DNA from: a virus
Taxonomy: Duplodnaviria > Caudoviricetes
Virus record (IMG/VR): IMGVR_UViG_3300032285_001531
DNA length: 64,000 bases
Reading direction: 5' to 3' (one strand)
Shown here piece by piece: positions 1-9,243 of this stretch. Below the pieces are notes generated by a model. It saw nothing but the letters and a program-made list of their open reading frames with translations. It did no database searches and was not told the origin of the DNA. Numbering within the stretch: position 1 is the stretch's first letter; each line of letters starts with the position of its first letter. The position numbers and the translations under genes were made by a program.

Positions 1-1266
1 TACTTTGAAAGTTATACACCAACATTACAAGAAGATATGGGTATTGGTCAACCTGATTTAGCAGAAATGTTTGTCAGTTCAAGTATCGATCCTAGAATAG
101 AACATGCTATGCCAATCTTAGCAAAACTAATGAAGCCAAAGAAACAAAAGATGGATGAAGTAGCAGAGTTGGAAGAATGGTCTGAAAGTATAATCACTGA
201 GAAACTAAAGCCCCATAAGCAAGATCAACTAAACGATTTAGCAAAACTATTTGCAGAAGAAATTCCATTCGGTGATGATGCAGTAAATGTTAAATATATC
301 CTTTCACGTTATGAGTTACAAGACCGTGACTTGTTTGATTTCTTAAAAACTATTGCAGAACAAGATAGAGATGGTGATGCGAGACCGGCAATTATACATT
401 GGTTAAGTCAGTCAAGTGATCATGATCATCATGAATTATTACAAGCAATTGAAGATGCTATGCCTCAACCAGCACCGGCCCCACAACCAGCTGCTCCAGA
501 ACAACAAGCACCGGTGCAGCAAGAAAGTTTACGTCCTGGCGAACGTCATCATTTTGAGACAGACCCAGAAACAGGTAAGCGTGTATATAAAGGCATACGT
601 GGTGATCAATATGATGCTCCTAAGAAGCGTGATAGTTCAGGTGATGCTGCAGAACGTGCAGATAGAGAACGTCAAGCACATATTAAACATGATAGAGGGT
701 TGACTGAAGAAGAACCAGGCATGAGTAAACGTGCGAGGGACTCTTTTAAAGATTTAGATGCTGCAACAACTGATTCTCAAACAGATAATCAGCAAGATTT
801 AGAAAAATTTAGAGATCGTGTTCGTACTGGGCAAGCAGGTAAATCAACAAAACTACAAGATATGAATCCATTGGATAGAGAACAATGGGAAAGAGAAAAG
901 CAACAACAAGGAATAAAAAACGAAACTAAAGATAATGAAGACCATTGGTCAACTGATTCAGCATTGGAACATTTATTACCAATGATTATTACAATGTCAG
1001 TAGAAGGTGCAACTGATAAAGAGATTGCTAAATCATTACATATTAATGTTGATGTTGTTGGAGAAATCATTAACCATTTTGTTAAAGAACTTAAAGCAGA
1101 TGCAGGTCATGAAGAAGTTGAAGAAGGATTAGATGCTAACCAAAAGCGTGTTGGACAATTAGGCCCAACTGAAAAGGTTAAAAATAACAATATAGGTAAA
1201 TTAGTGGGTGCAAGTGAAAGTATTGACCCTGCCTTAGCTAGAATGCGTAAACTATCTGGTTTATAA
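1..1266 (+). CDS. 5'-truncated probable virion/internal head protein (acidic, low complexity)
   Basis: Frame is open from base 1 (YFESYTPTLQED precedes the M at 37), so the gene starts upstream. It has a PAPAPQ linker, many hydrophobic-X-E sites and ends LARMRKLSGL, like the 47677 protein. Confidence 0.55.
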   Translation, partial: YFESYTPTLQEDMGIGQPDLAEMFVSSSIDPRIEHAMPILAKLMKPKKQKMDEVAELEEWSESIITEKLKPHKQDQLNDLAKLFAEEIPFGDDAVNVKYILSRYELQDRDLFDFLKTIAEQDRDGDARPAIIHWLSQSSDHDHHELLQAIEDAMPQPAPAPQPAAPEQQAPVQQESLRPGERHHFETDPETGKRVYKGIRGDQYDAPKKRDSSGDAAERADRERQAHIKHDRGLTEEEPGMSKRARDSFKDLDAATTDSQTDNQQDLEKFRDRVRTGQAGKSTKLQDMNPLDREQWEREKQQQGIKNETKDNEDHWSTDSALEHLLPMIITMSVEGATDKEIAKSLHINVDVVGEIINHFVKELKADAGHEEVEEGLDANQKRVGQLGPTEKVKNNNIGKLVGASESIDPALARMRKLSGL

Positions 1267-1361
1267 AAGGGTAAAAAACCTCTATAAAAAATTGTATTTT
1301 CCCACATAAGGCATAAATACTATTGTTAAACAAATTATAACACTGTATAATCTGTTTATCA

Positions 1362-1380
1362 GTCACTCATAGGGAGTGGC
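1362..1380 (+). promoter_or_regulatory. Hairpin in the SSB gene leader
   Basis: GTCACTC-ATAGG-GAGTGGC (7 bp), downstream of ATAAATA (1313-1319) and followed by an A-rich unstructured stretch to the ATG at 1423. Confidence 0.5.
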
Positions 1381-1422
1381 GAATATTAAATAAAGACCAA
1401 CTTAAGACAAAAGGCAAATATC

Positions 1423-2415
1423 ATGGCATCATTAGCAGACATCCGCGCACGTATCGCTGCGCAAGAAAACAAATCAACAGGCAGTTCATCTCAGCAAGCA
1501 GATAACGCAATTTACCCACACTGGAACATGGACGAAGGCACTAACGCTGTTATTCGTTTCTTACCAGACGGTAATAGCAATAATACTTTCTTCTGGGTAG
1601 AACGTCAAATCATCAAACTCTCATTCAATGGAGTTAAAGGTGATAGTAATGTAAAACAAATCACAGTACAAGTACCATGCGTAGAAATGTATGGTGACTC
1701 TTGTCCAATCTTAGCTGAGGTACGTCCTTGGTATAAAGATGAATCATTAAAAGAAATGGCAAACAAGTATTGGAAGAAGCGTAGTTATTTGTTCCAAGGC
1801 TTTGTGCGTCAGAATCCATTAGGAGATGACAAATCACCAGCGAATCCAATTCGTAGATTTATCATTAGTCCACAAATCTTTACAATCATCAAATCTAGTT
1901 TGATGGATCCAGAGATGGAAGAATTACCAACTGACTATGTTCATGGGTTAGACTTCCGTGTCACAAAAACTAGCAAAGGTGGTTATGCTGACTATAGTAC
2001 TTCAACTTGGAGTCGTAAAGAATCTGCACTAACACAAGCAGAACAAGACGCAATTGAAGCACATGGTCTATTCAACTTGGCTGATTTCTTACCAAAGAAA
2101 CCAGGTGAGGCAGAACTACGTGTAATCAAAGAAATGTTTGAAGCAAGCGTAGATGGTCAACCATACGACAATGATCGTTGGGGCCAATATTATCGTCCAT
2201 ATGGTTTAGATGCACCTGCAGGAGCGAAAGTGGAAGAACATACAGCAGCACCTGTCAAAGCTGCAACCACAACTGCACCCGTAGCAGACTCTAATCAATT
2301 TGATGAAGATGATACTGTATCACAACCAGTAAAAGTTCCATCATCAGCTCCATCAAGTGATAAAGCACAAGACATTCTTGCAATGATTCGTGCTAGACAA
2401 AACAAAGCAGCCTAA
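1423..2415 (+). CDS. gp32: T4 gp32-like single-stranded DNA-binding protein
   Basis: Motifs AVIRFLPD, FFWVER, VPCVEMYGDSCP, YWKKRSYLFQGFV, GGYADYSTSTW. Only two Cys remain in the T4 zinc-site region. Confidence 0.9.
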   Translation: MASLADIRARIAAQENKSTGSSSQQADNAIYPHWNMDEGTNAVIRFLPDGNSNNTFFWVERQIIKLSFNGVKGDSNVKQITVQVPCVEMYGDSCPILAEVRPWYKDESLKEMANKYWKKRSYLFQGFVRQNPLGDDKSPANPIRRFIISPQIFTIIKSSLMDPEMEELPTDYVHGLDFRVTKTSKGGYADYSTSTWSRKESALTQAEQDAIEAHGLFNLADFLPKKPGEAELRVIKEMFEASVDGQPYDNDRWGQYYRPYGLDAPAGAKVEEHTAAPVKAATTTAPVADSNQFDEDDTVSQPVKVPSSAPSSDKAQDILAMIRARQNKAA

Positions 2416-2466
2416 TTAAGGGTAACGGACAGGGAACGTCACCGTTCCCTACCGTAGGAGATTAAT

Positions 2467-2691
2467 ATGACATTACCAGACGAACGATACCTTGCATTAA
2501 AGCAAAGTAAGAAATTATTAGAGGAACTATGTGATCCTGGCAAAACACCAAGAGTACCTAGTTTAGTGAGAGACCGTGCAAGAACGGCCCTTCGCCACTT
2601 TCCAAACGATTTTGATATTGATAATATCGCAGAGAAGTGTCCAGAAATAATTGACAAAAAGCCTAATGGCGTGTATCGTGTTACAAAATAA
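2467..2691 (+). CDS. Conserved small T4-like phage hypothetical protein
   Basis: SD AGGAG upstream; the MTLPDERY...TPRVP...ALRHFP pattern is recalled from T4-like phage hypotheticals. Confidence 0.7.
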   Translation: MTLPDERYLALKQSKKLLEELCDPGKTPRVPSLVRDRARTALRHFPNDFDIDNIAEKCPEIIDKKPNGVYRVTK

Positions 2692-2705
2692 ATTAGGAGA
2701 ATAAT

Positions 2706-3773
2706 TTGGGAAAGCCATTTGATGTAAGTAAGTTTAGGAAAGATATCACTAAGACTATTGAAGGACTTAGTGTAGGTTTTAATGATCCGACCGATTGGAT
2801 CAGCACAGGAAATTATGCACTCAATTATCTTATTAGTGGTGATTTTAACAAAGGCGTGCCTCTTGGTAAAGTCACTGTATTCGCTGGAGAAAGTGGTTCC
2901 GGAAAGAGTTACATCTGTTCTGGCAACTTGGTTCGCCATGCTCAGCAACAAGGTATTTTCGTGGTACTCATTGATTCGGAAAATGCTTTGGACGAAGATT
3001 GGCTAAAAGCATTAGGAGTTGATACAGGCGAAGATAAGTTGTTGAAACTTAACATGGCTATGATTGATGATGTAGCCAAAACAATCAGTAAGTTTGTTGC
3101 TGATTATAAAACTATTCCAAATGAAGATAGACCTAAAGTCTTATTCATTGTAGATAGTTTAGGTATGTTGTTGACACCAACTGACGTTAATCAGTTTGAT
3201 GCAGGTGATATGAAGGGTGACATGGGTCGTAAGCCTAAAGCACTAACATCACTTGTACGTAACACAGTTAATATGTTTGGTGCATTGAACATTGGTATGG
3301 TTGCAACTAATCATACATATGCATCACAGGATATGTTTGACCCAGATGATAAAATCAGTGGTGGTCAAGGCTTTGTTTATGCAAGTTCAATTGTAGTTGC
3401 AATGAAGAAATTGAAACTAAAAGAAGATGAAGATGGTAACAAAGTAAGTGAAGTAAATGGTATACGTGCTGCGTGTAAGATTATGAAAACACGTTATGCT
3501 AAGCCGTTTGAATCACTACAGATTAAGATACCATATGAAACAGGTATGAATCCATATTCAGGATTACTTGACTTATTTGAAAAGAATAACCTCTTAACTA
3601 AAGAAGGTAATCGTTTATCATACACGACTAATGACGGTGAAGTACTTAAGATGTTCCGTAAAGGTTGGGAATCAAATGAAGATGGTTGCTTAGATAAAGT
3701 TATGACTGAGTTTACAAAAAGGAATCAAACTAAGCTAAGTACTGTTACATTGGAGGAGGAGGTAACAGAATGA
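2706..3773 (+). CDS. uvsX: UvsX/RecA-like recombinase (TTG start)
   Basis: Walker A GESGSGKS, IDSENALD, Walker B FIVDSLG, GGQGFVYASS, KTRYAKPF; SD AGGAG before the TTG. Confidence 0.93.
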   Translation: MGKPFDVSKFRKDITKTIEGLSVGFNDPTDWISTGNYALNYLISGDFNKGVPLGKVTVFAGESGSGKSYICSGNLVRHAQQQGIFVVLIDSENALDEDWLKALGVDTGEDKLLKLNMAMIDDVAKTISKFVADYKTIPNEDRPKVLFIVDSLGMLLTPTDVNQFDAGDMKGDMGRKPKALTSLVRNTVNMFGALNIGMVATNHTYASQDMFDPDDKISGGQGFVYASSIVVAMKKLKLKEDEDGNKVSEVNGIRAACKIMKTRYAKPFESLQIKIPYETGMNPYSGLLDLFEKNNLLTKEGNRLSYTTNDGEVLKMFRKGWESNEDGCLDKVMTEFTKRNQTKLSTVTLEEEVTE

Positions 3774-4018
3774 ACTTAGATTCAATAGCAGAAGTATGGG
3801 ATGTATTACGTAGTCATATTGACTTTAGCGAACGCAAAGATGCGGCTGAAACACTAGTTGGATTCTTAATTGAAAACAACTGTGAGGCAGATGAAATCAA
3901 ACAAGCCTTTAGGGGCGACAAAGAAGTTGCTAAAGCACTTCTAATCTATGATGATAGCAATTTGCATGAAGAAGAAGATGACTATGATGATGACTATGAT
4001 GACGAAGATAGGTATTAA
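3770..4018 (+). CDS. Hypothetical protein with acidic tail
   Basis: ATGA overlap with uvsX; D/E-rich C-terminus. Confidence 0.7.
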   Translation: MNLDSIAEVWDVLRSHIDFSERKDAAETLVGFLIENNCEADEIKQAFRGDKEVAKALLIYDDSNLHEEEDDYDDDYDDEDRY

Positions 4019-4026
4019 AGGCATCT

Positions 4027-4482
4027 ATGACCTGGTATACTAAAGTATCTACTAATCTTGCGGCAATACCTGACTTTATTGCATACTATGATGCTGAATT
4101 AATTTCAGCAAAAAATGATGTAAGAGTAGCAGGTATTTTGGAGAAGAATATCTCAGCATTACCAGGCATCACTGAGCATCGTTTCAATCAACTACAAGAG
4201 ATTGAAGCGGTGCTTAACTTGCTTAATATACAACTACGTAAAATCAGACGCAGACATTTTCAAAAGTATTTAGAAGCGTATAACCGTGTACTAACAAGCC
4301 GTGATGCAGAAAAGTATGTAGACGGTGAAGATGAAGTTATTGATTTTGAAACTATTATTAACGAAGTAGCACTATTACGCAATCGTTGGCTAGGTATTTT
4401 AAAAGGTCTTGATGCCAAACAATGGCAAATGGGCCATATAGTTAGACTACGTACTGCTGGTATGGAAGATATTACACTTTAA
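4027..4482 (+). CDS. uvsY: UvsY-like recombination mediator
   Basis: Helical protein with KYLEAYNRVLTSRDAEKYVDGE and ILKGLDAKQWQ; lies in a uvsX-uvsY-uvsW neighbourhood. Confidence 0.8.
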   Translation: MTWYTKVSTNLAAIPDFIAYYDAELISAKNDVRVAGILEKNISALPGITEHRFNQLQEIEAVLNLLNIQLRKIRRRHFQKYLEAYNRVLTSRDAEKYVDGEDEVIDFETIINEVALLRNRWLGILKGLDAKQWQMGHIVRLRTAGMEDITL

Positions 4483-4499
4483 ACAACATTTTACTAGGC

Positions 4500-4528
4500 T
4501 TGACATTGAATCGATCCAGCTATATAAT
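4500..4528 (+). promoter_or_regulatory. Consensus sigma70 promoter
   Basis: TTGACA (4500-4505), 17-bp spacer, TATAAT (4523-4528), then SD AGGAG and ATG 4560. Confidence 0.85.
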
Positions 4529-4559
4529 TAGCATTCTAAATCAATAATAGGAGCTAATA

Positions 4560-5594
4560 ATGAGTACGATTCTTGTTAAATTCGGTGAGTATCGCAACAA
4601 GCCCGTAATCAATCAAAAATTCACATTAGTAAAAGACTTTCAAACAGGTAAAAAAGGTAACTTTATTACTGTAAAAAATGAAGGTCAATTTGACGTTGCA
4701 ATTGAAGATGTTAGAGTAAAAGTAAATTCCATTAATGATGTAGTATTTGTAGAAGAGGAGCCAACTATGGCAGAAAACGCAATATCATTTGTAGCAAAAG
4801 AAATTAAGCATGTAGAAACTGACGAACAAGCAATGGATCGTATTGCTGCACGTTTTCAAATTTTAGATCAAATGACTAAAGCTGCAATCAATAGTGACAT
4901 TCGTGCTATGATTGTTTCAGGTCCACCGGGTGTAGGTAAATCATTTGGTGTTGAAACACAACTTGAAAAAGCAAGTATGTTTGATAAAATTTCAGGTAAG
5001 AAATTGCGTTTTGAAGTTGTCAAAGGTGCAATGACTGCATTAGGTTTGTATGCTACATTATACAAGTATAGTGATGCTAAGAATGTGTTAGTATTCGATG
5101 ACTGCGACAGTGTGTTCCAAGATGACTTGTCACTAAACATACTAAAAGCAGCACTTGATTCAGGTAAGCGTAGACGTATCTGCTGGAACAGTGATAGTGC
5201 ATTGTTACGTAGAGAAGGTATCCCTGATCAATTTGACTTTAAGGGTAGTGCTATCTTCATTACAAACTTAAAGTTTGAAAATGTTAAGAGCAAAAAACTA
5301 CAAGATCACCTAGAAGCACTAGAATCACGTTGTCACTTTTTGGATCTAACAATTGATACTGAACGTGATAAGATGTTACGTATCAAGCAAGTACATCGTG
5401 ACACTGATGGTGGTCTGTTTAGATCATATGATTTTGATGCTAATCAAGCAGAAGAAATTATGGAATTTATGTCAACTAACAAAACTAAATTGCGTGAATT
5501 AAGTTTACGTATGTGTTTAAAAATTGCTGACTTAGTTAAGATTAGCCCAAGTAACTGGCAGAATCTTGCAGCAAGTACATGTATGAAACGATAA
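4560..5594 (+). CDS. P-loop (AAA+-like) ATPase of unknown function
   Basis: Walker A GPPGVGKS, Walker B LVFDDCD, sensor-like IFITN and ALESR. Confidence 0.75.
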   Translation: MSTILVKFGEYRNKPVINQKFTLVKDFQTGKKGNFITVKNEGQFDVAIEDVRVKVNSINDVVFVEEEPTMAENAISFVAKEIKHVETDEQAMDRIAARFQILDQMTKAAINSDIRAMIVSGPPGVGKSFGVETQLEKASMFDKISGKKLRFEVVKGAMTALGLYATLYKYSDAKNVLVFDDCDSVFQDDLSLNILKAALDSGKRRRICWNSDSALLRREGIPDQFDFKGSAIFITNLKFENVKSKKLQDHLEALESRCHFLDLTIDTERDKMLRIKQVHRDTDGGLFRSYDFDANQAEEIMEFMSTNKTKLRELSLRMCLKIADLVKISPSNWQNLAASTCMKR

Positions 5595-5606
5595 TTATTG
5601 TACAGT

Positions 5607-5630
5607 TAATGGGGGCTTCGGCTCCCATTA
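5607..5630 (+). terminator. Probable intrinsic terminator (UUCG loop)
   Basis: TAATGGGGGC-TTCG-GCTCCCATTA after the ATPase stop; T-rich sequence follows but the U-tract is weak. Confidence 0.6.
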
Positions 5631-5660
5631 GCCATTTATCTTTTATTAATTCTTTTATTA

Positions 5661-5678
5661 TGTTATAATAACATTATG
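5661..5678 (+). promoter_or_regulatory. Extended -10 promoter placed for leaderless mRNA (representative copy)
   Basis: TG-T-TATAAT-N6-ATG; same geometry at 8138, 12899, 19149 and 61081. Confidence 0.75.
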
Positions 5679-6686
5679 AACAAATTGTTATATGCTGAAG
5701 AAGTTTTAGAATTATGCCTTAATCAAATCAGCCTTAGCCGATATGATAAAAAGTTTTTCTATAACTTGCAACTATTGAATGTACTTCCTAGAAAATCTAT
5801 TACATCCAATCAGGCTGAATTGTTTAAAAAGGTAGTGTTAAAGTATCACTCACAACTATTAAAGAAACAATATAACTCAATTGAATTAAGTGAGTTGCCC
5901 TGGCAGTTGACCATAACACAAAGTTCACCGGACTTCACTAATGCACAATTTCAAATAAAAGACGGTACACTTGTATTGCGCTGTCCTTATAAGCAACAAT
6001 TTATAAAAGATTTTAAAAGTTTACAATTAATGAATTGGCACGGTGCTGACAAATGTTATTATAGTAAATTTGGGTTAGACACATTTAGAAAAGTAAATGA
6101 TGTTGTAATGAAGTATTATCAGGAAATATCGTACTGTAACGATTTAAAAGATATAATACATGAAGTAAGTAAATATGAAGGTGATTGTATTTGGGATCCA
6201 ACCTTAGTAGAAAGCAATGGTAGATATTATATTGCTGCTATTAATGAACCTCTTTTCAATGCAATAGAGGGTGTTGAATTTAAAACTGATTTCTACTCAT
6301 TGAGTAAAATAACGTCATATGGAATTAAGATAGATAAGAAACTTCATAATACTTTGAATGACACACAGGCTCGATTTATTTCTAATCATGAATATAAACA
6401 TGAACATACTGAAATAGATTCACTAATAGCATTGCTTAAAGAAATAAAATGCGACCAGTTATTAGTAGGCACACGTTATGGTGCATGGAATAACAGTGAT
6501 GATATGTTAAAAGCAATAGCAAATAGTGGAATTCCAGTAATTCATGCAGGTGATCAATGTGAATATCTTTCATTTTCTATGCCAGTATTCTTAAAATTTA
6601 ATTCATTTAGTTATAAAGGATACGGTAGCATGTTCGCAGCAAAGGTAATACACGTAGTAAATTCAACTGAAATTGAGATTAAATGA
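5676..6686 (+). CDS. Hypothetical protein with possible HARP-like module
   Basis: 336-aa ORF overlapping uvsW (ATGA); internal LVLRCPYKQQFIKDFKSLQLMNWHGADKCY resembles the HARP pattern. Confidence 0.55.
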   Translation: MNKLLYAEEVLELCLNQISLSRYDKKFFYNLQLLNVLPRKSITSNQAELFKKVVLKYHSQLLKKQYNSIELSELPWQLTITQSSPDFTNAQFQIKDGTLVLRCPYKQQFIKDFKSLQLMNWHGADKCYYSKFGLDTFRKVNDVVMKYYQEISYCNDLKDIIHEVSKYEGDCIWDPTLVESNGRYYIAAINEPLFNAIEGVEFKTDFYSLSKITSYGIKIDKKLHNTLNDTQARFISNHEYKHEHTEIDSLIALLKEIKCDQLLVGTRYGAWNNSDDMLKAIANSGIPVIHAGDQCEYLSFSMPVFLKFNSFSYKGYGSMFAAKVIHVVNSTEIEIK

Positions 6687-8140
6687 CCCAATGTAAAATA
6701 ATAATAAAGGATGAAGTAAACTGTAAGATAGAAGGCTTAGAGTTACCTGAACGTAGAAAACTAATGAAGATGTTTGAGTACGAGGTTCCTGGTGCTCGTT
6801 ATCAACCTGCAGTTAGACTTGGTAGATGGAATGGTAAAGTAAGTTTCTTTAGTTTAGGTGGCAGTTGTTATATCAATTTATTAGATAGAATCATACCTGT
6901 ATTAGATCAGGCAGGCTATGAGATTGAACTAGAAGATTTACGTGAAACGGTACACAACTTCAATTTCACACAGATAACAGAAGATACTTTTGCAAACAAA
7001 GCATGGCCAAAAGGTCACGTTAAAGAAGGTGAGCCAGTTCTATTCCGTGACTATCAAGTAGAGATTGTAAACAACTTTCTTAGTAATCCACAGAGTGTCC
7101 AAGAAGTAGCAACAGGTGCAGGCAAGACATTGATGACTGCAGCATTGAGTTATAGTGTACAGGACTATGGTCGTAGTATCGTAGTAGTACCTAACAAGAG
7201 TTTAGTAGTACAGACTGAAGAAGATTATATCAACTTAGGTCTTGATGTAGGTGTGTATTTTGGTGATAGAAAAGATATTGGCAAACAACACACTATTTGT
7301 ACGTGGCAGAGTTTAAACAATATGATGAAAGCCACAAAAGCAGGTGAAGCAGATTTAACTATAGGTGAATTCTTAGAAGGTGTTATATGTGTAATGATTG
7401 ATGAAGCACATATGGCACAAGCAGACGCATTAAAAACGATGTTAACAGGTCCTATGAGTCATATTCCAATTCGTTGGGGTCTGACTGGTACTATCCCTAA
7501 AGAGAAGTTTCAACACGAAGCATTGTTTGTTAGTATTGGCAATCTAATTGGCAAACTATCAGCAAGCGAATTACAAGATAGGGGAGTATTAGCAAAGTGT
7601 CATGTTAACATTATTCAACTTCAAGACCTAGTAGAATTTAGCAACTATCAAAGTGAACTTAAACATTTACTTGAGGATGCAACTAGACTTGATACTATCG
7701 CAGAACTGATAATGAATATTAAAGGTTCAGGGAACACACTCATACTGGTCGATAGAGTTAACGCAGGTAAGGAACTGATAGATAGATTACCGGGCGCAGT
7801 GTTCGTAAGCGGTGGTACTAAATTAACAGAAAGAAAAGAAGAATATGATGAATTTGCGACAAGTGATGACAAGGTGGCTGTTGCAACTTACGGTGTGGCT
7901 GCTGTGGGTATTAATATACCCCGTATCTTTAACCTTGTTCTTATTGAGCCTGGAAAAAGTTTCGTTCGAGTTATACAATCGATTGGTCGAGGTATCAGAA
8001 AAGCTGAGGACAAAGATTTCGTCCAAATCTGGGACATGACAAGTAGTTGTAAGTTTGCTAAGCGACATCTAACAAAGCGCAAAGAATTCTATAAGGATGC
8101 TTCCTATCCTTTTAGTATTGAAAAATTAAAATACAAGTGA
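6683..8140 (+). CDS. uvsW: UvsW-like SF2 helicase
   Basis: FRDYQ, ATGAGKT, DEAH, GLTGT, GINIP and QSIGRGIR motifs. Confidence 0.9.
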   Translation: MTQCKIIIKDEVNCKIEGLELPERRKLMKMFEYEVPGARYQPAVRLGRWNGKVSFFSLGGSCYINLLDRIIPVLDQAGYEIELEDLRETVHNFNFTQITEDTFANKAWPKGHVKEGEPVLFRDYQVEIVNNFLSNPQSVQEVATGAGKTLMTAALSYSVQDYGRSIVVVPNKSLVVQTEEDYINLGLDVGVYFGDRKDIGKQHTICTWQSLNNMMKATKAGEADLTIGEFLEGVICVMIDEAHMAQADALKTMLTGPMSHIPIRWGLTGTIPKEKFQHEALFVSIGNLIGKLSASELQDRGVLAKCHVNIIQLQDLVEFSNYQSELKHLLEDATRLDTIAELIMNIKGSGNTLILVDRVNAGKELIDRLPGAVFVSGGTKLTERKEEYDEFATSDDKVAVATYGVAAVGINIPRIFNLVLIEPGKSFVRVIQSIGRGIRKAEDKDFVQIWDMTSSCKFAKRHLTKRKEFYKDASYPFSIEKLKYK

Positions 8141-8152
8141 TATAATAACAAC

Positions 8153-8653
8153 ATGAAAATACTAACCTTAGATAACACAGTTTATAATTTAGAAACTCTA
8201 CCGGAGGAAATAGATGATCTTAGATTTGCCATTCTTGACAACAGTAATCCTGCTAATGTTGACTACCACTATATACCTCTAATATTCTTAGAGAGTTTTA
8301 ATAGTCCTGCATTAGTATTACGTGTTGCTGATAGAGTTATTAAGATGCCAGTAGATTGGCAAATACTTATCGGTGAACCTGAATTAGGTGATTTAGAAAC
8401 GTTACCACTGACTAGTATCAATGATAGGGGATTCAAAGCATTTGAATTCAATCCATTAAGTAGTTTCAAGCCCACATTCTGCGATATAGAAATATTAGAT
8501 ATATACCATGATGTTAGTTGGTATGCTCCTAGATTAAAAAACGGGCAGTTCTTATGTATTCCGATTGATGACACACCTAAACCAAGATGTGTTTATTTTG
8601 TAAAAGAAATTAGTAGAAACTGTGAGATTGTAGACTATAGACAGGCATTCTAA
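8153..8653 (+). CDS. Hypothetical protein, possibly a free-standing degenerate Hint-fold domain
   Basis: Pattern ILTLDNTVYNLETL ... IKMPVDWQIL ... WYAPRLKNGQF follows Hint block spacing, but Cys1 and His-Asn are absent. Confidence 0.4.
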   Translation: MKILTLDNTVYNLETLPEEIDDLRFAILDNSNPANVDYHYIPLIFLESFNSPALVLRVADRVIKMPVDWQILIGEPELGDLETLPLTSINDRGFKAFEFNPLSSFKPTFCDIEILDIYHDVSWYAPRLKNGQFLCIPIDDTPKPRCVYFVKEISRNCEIVDYRQAF

Positions 8654-9243
8654 TGGCAAAAAAAGAAAAACTTAGTGCTGATGAAAAGTTCACTGACGTG
8701 GACTTTCCATTGTTTCCTGCACTAGAAGCATTAGATAGAAAAGATTATGGTTGGTATGACAGACTAACAGTAGAACAACAGAAAGGATTTACTCCTTTCA
8801 TGCTAATGACTTGGATGAGTACAATTCAGGGTAATGCAGATTTACAACGATACTATATACAAAGCACAACTTATGCTGCAAATAAGCACATGTTTAATGA
8901 TACAATTATGGATCATAAAAAATTACAGTGGTTAATGTTATGTGCAATCAGTCCTGGCCTGGGAAAGCAATATCACAAGTATCTACCACAGATTAAACGT
9001 AAAGTTTCATTATTGCAAGAGCCAGCAAAGTTAAGTGATATTAAAGATTATTTTAAAAAAGTATATCCTAAAACTGATGATGAAACAATTGCAGCAGTAG
9101 GCGAAGAATATACTAGAGTACAGAAACGGAAGTTTTATTTAGCTCAGCAGTTCCCTGAATTGAAACACGAAGATATTGAACTATTAAATGAATTAGTTAC
9201 TGACGAAGATATTAAGAAGTATGAAGAAGATAGAGGCAACTAA
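8653..9243 (+). CDS. Clamp loader small subunit (gp62-like)
   Basis: FTPFMLMTWMS ... HKKLQWLMLCAISPGLGKQYHKYL resembles the T4 gp62 core; a gp44-like gene is at 62679. Confidence 0.6.
   Translation: MAKKEKLSADEKFTDVDFPLFPALEALDRKDYGWYDRLTVEQQKGFTPFMLMTWMSTIQGNADLQRYYIQSTTYAANKHMFNDTIMDHKKLQWLMLCAISPGLGKQYHKYLPQIKRKVSLLQEPAKLSDIKDYFKKVYPKTDDETIAAVGEEYTRVQKRKFYLAQQFPELKHEDIELLNELVTDEDIKKYEEDRGN

Noticed and set aside
2439-2951. 170-aa antisense ORF
   Set aside because: Overlaps two well-supported sense genes; no motif or promoter.
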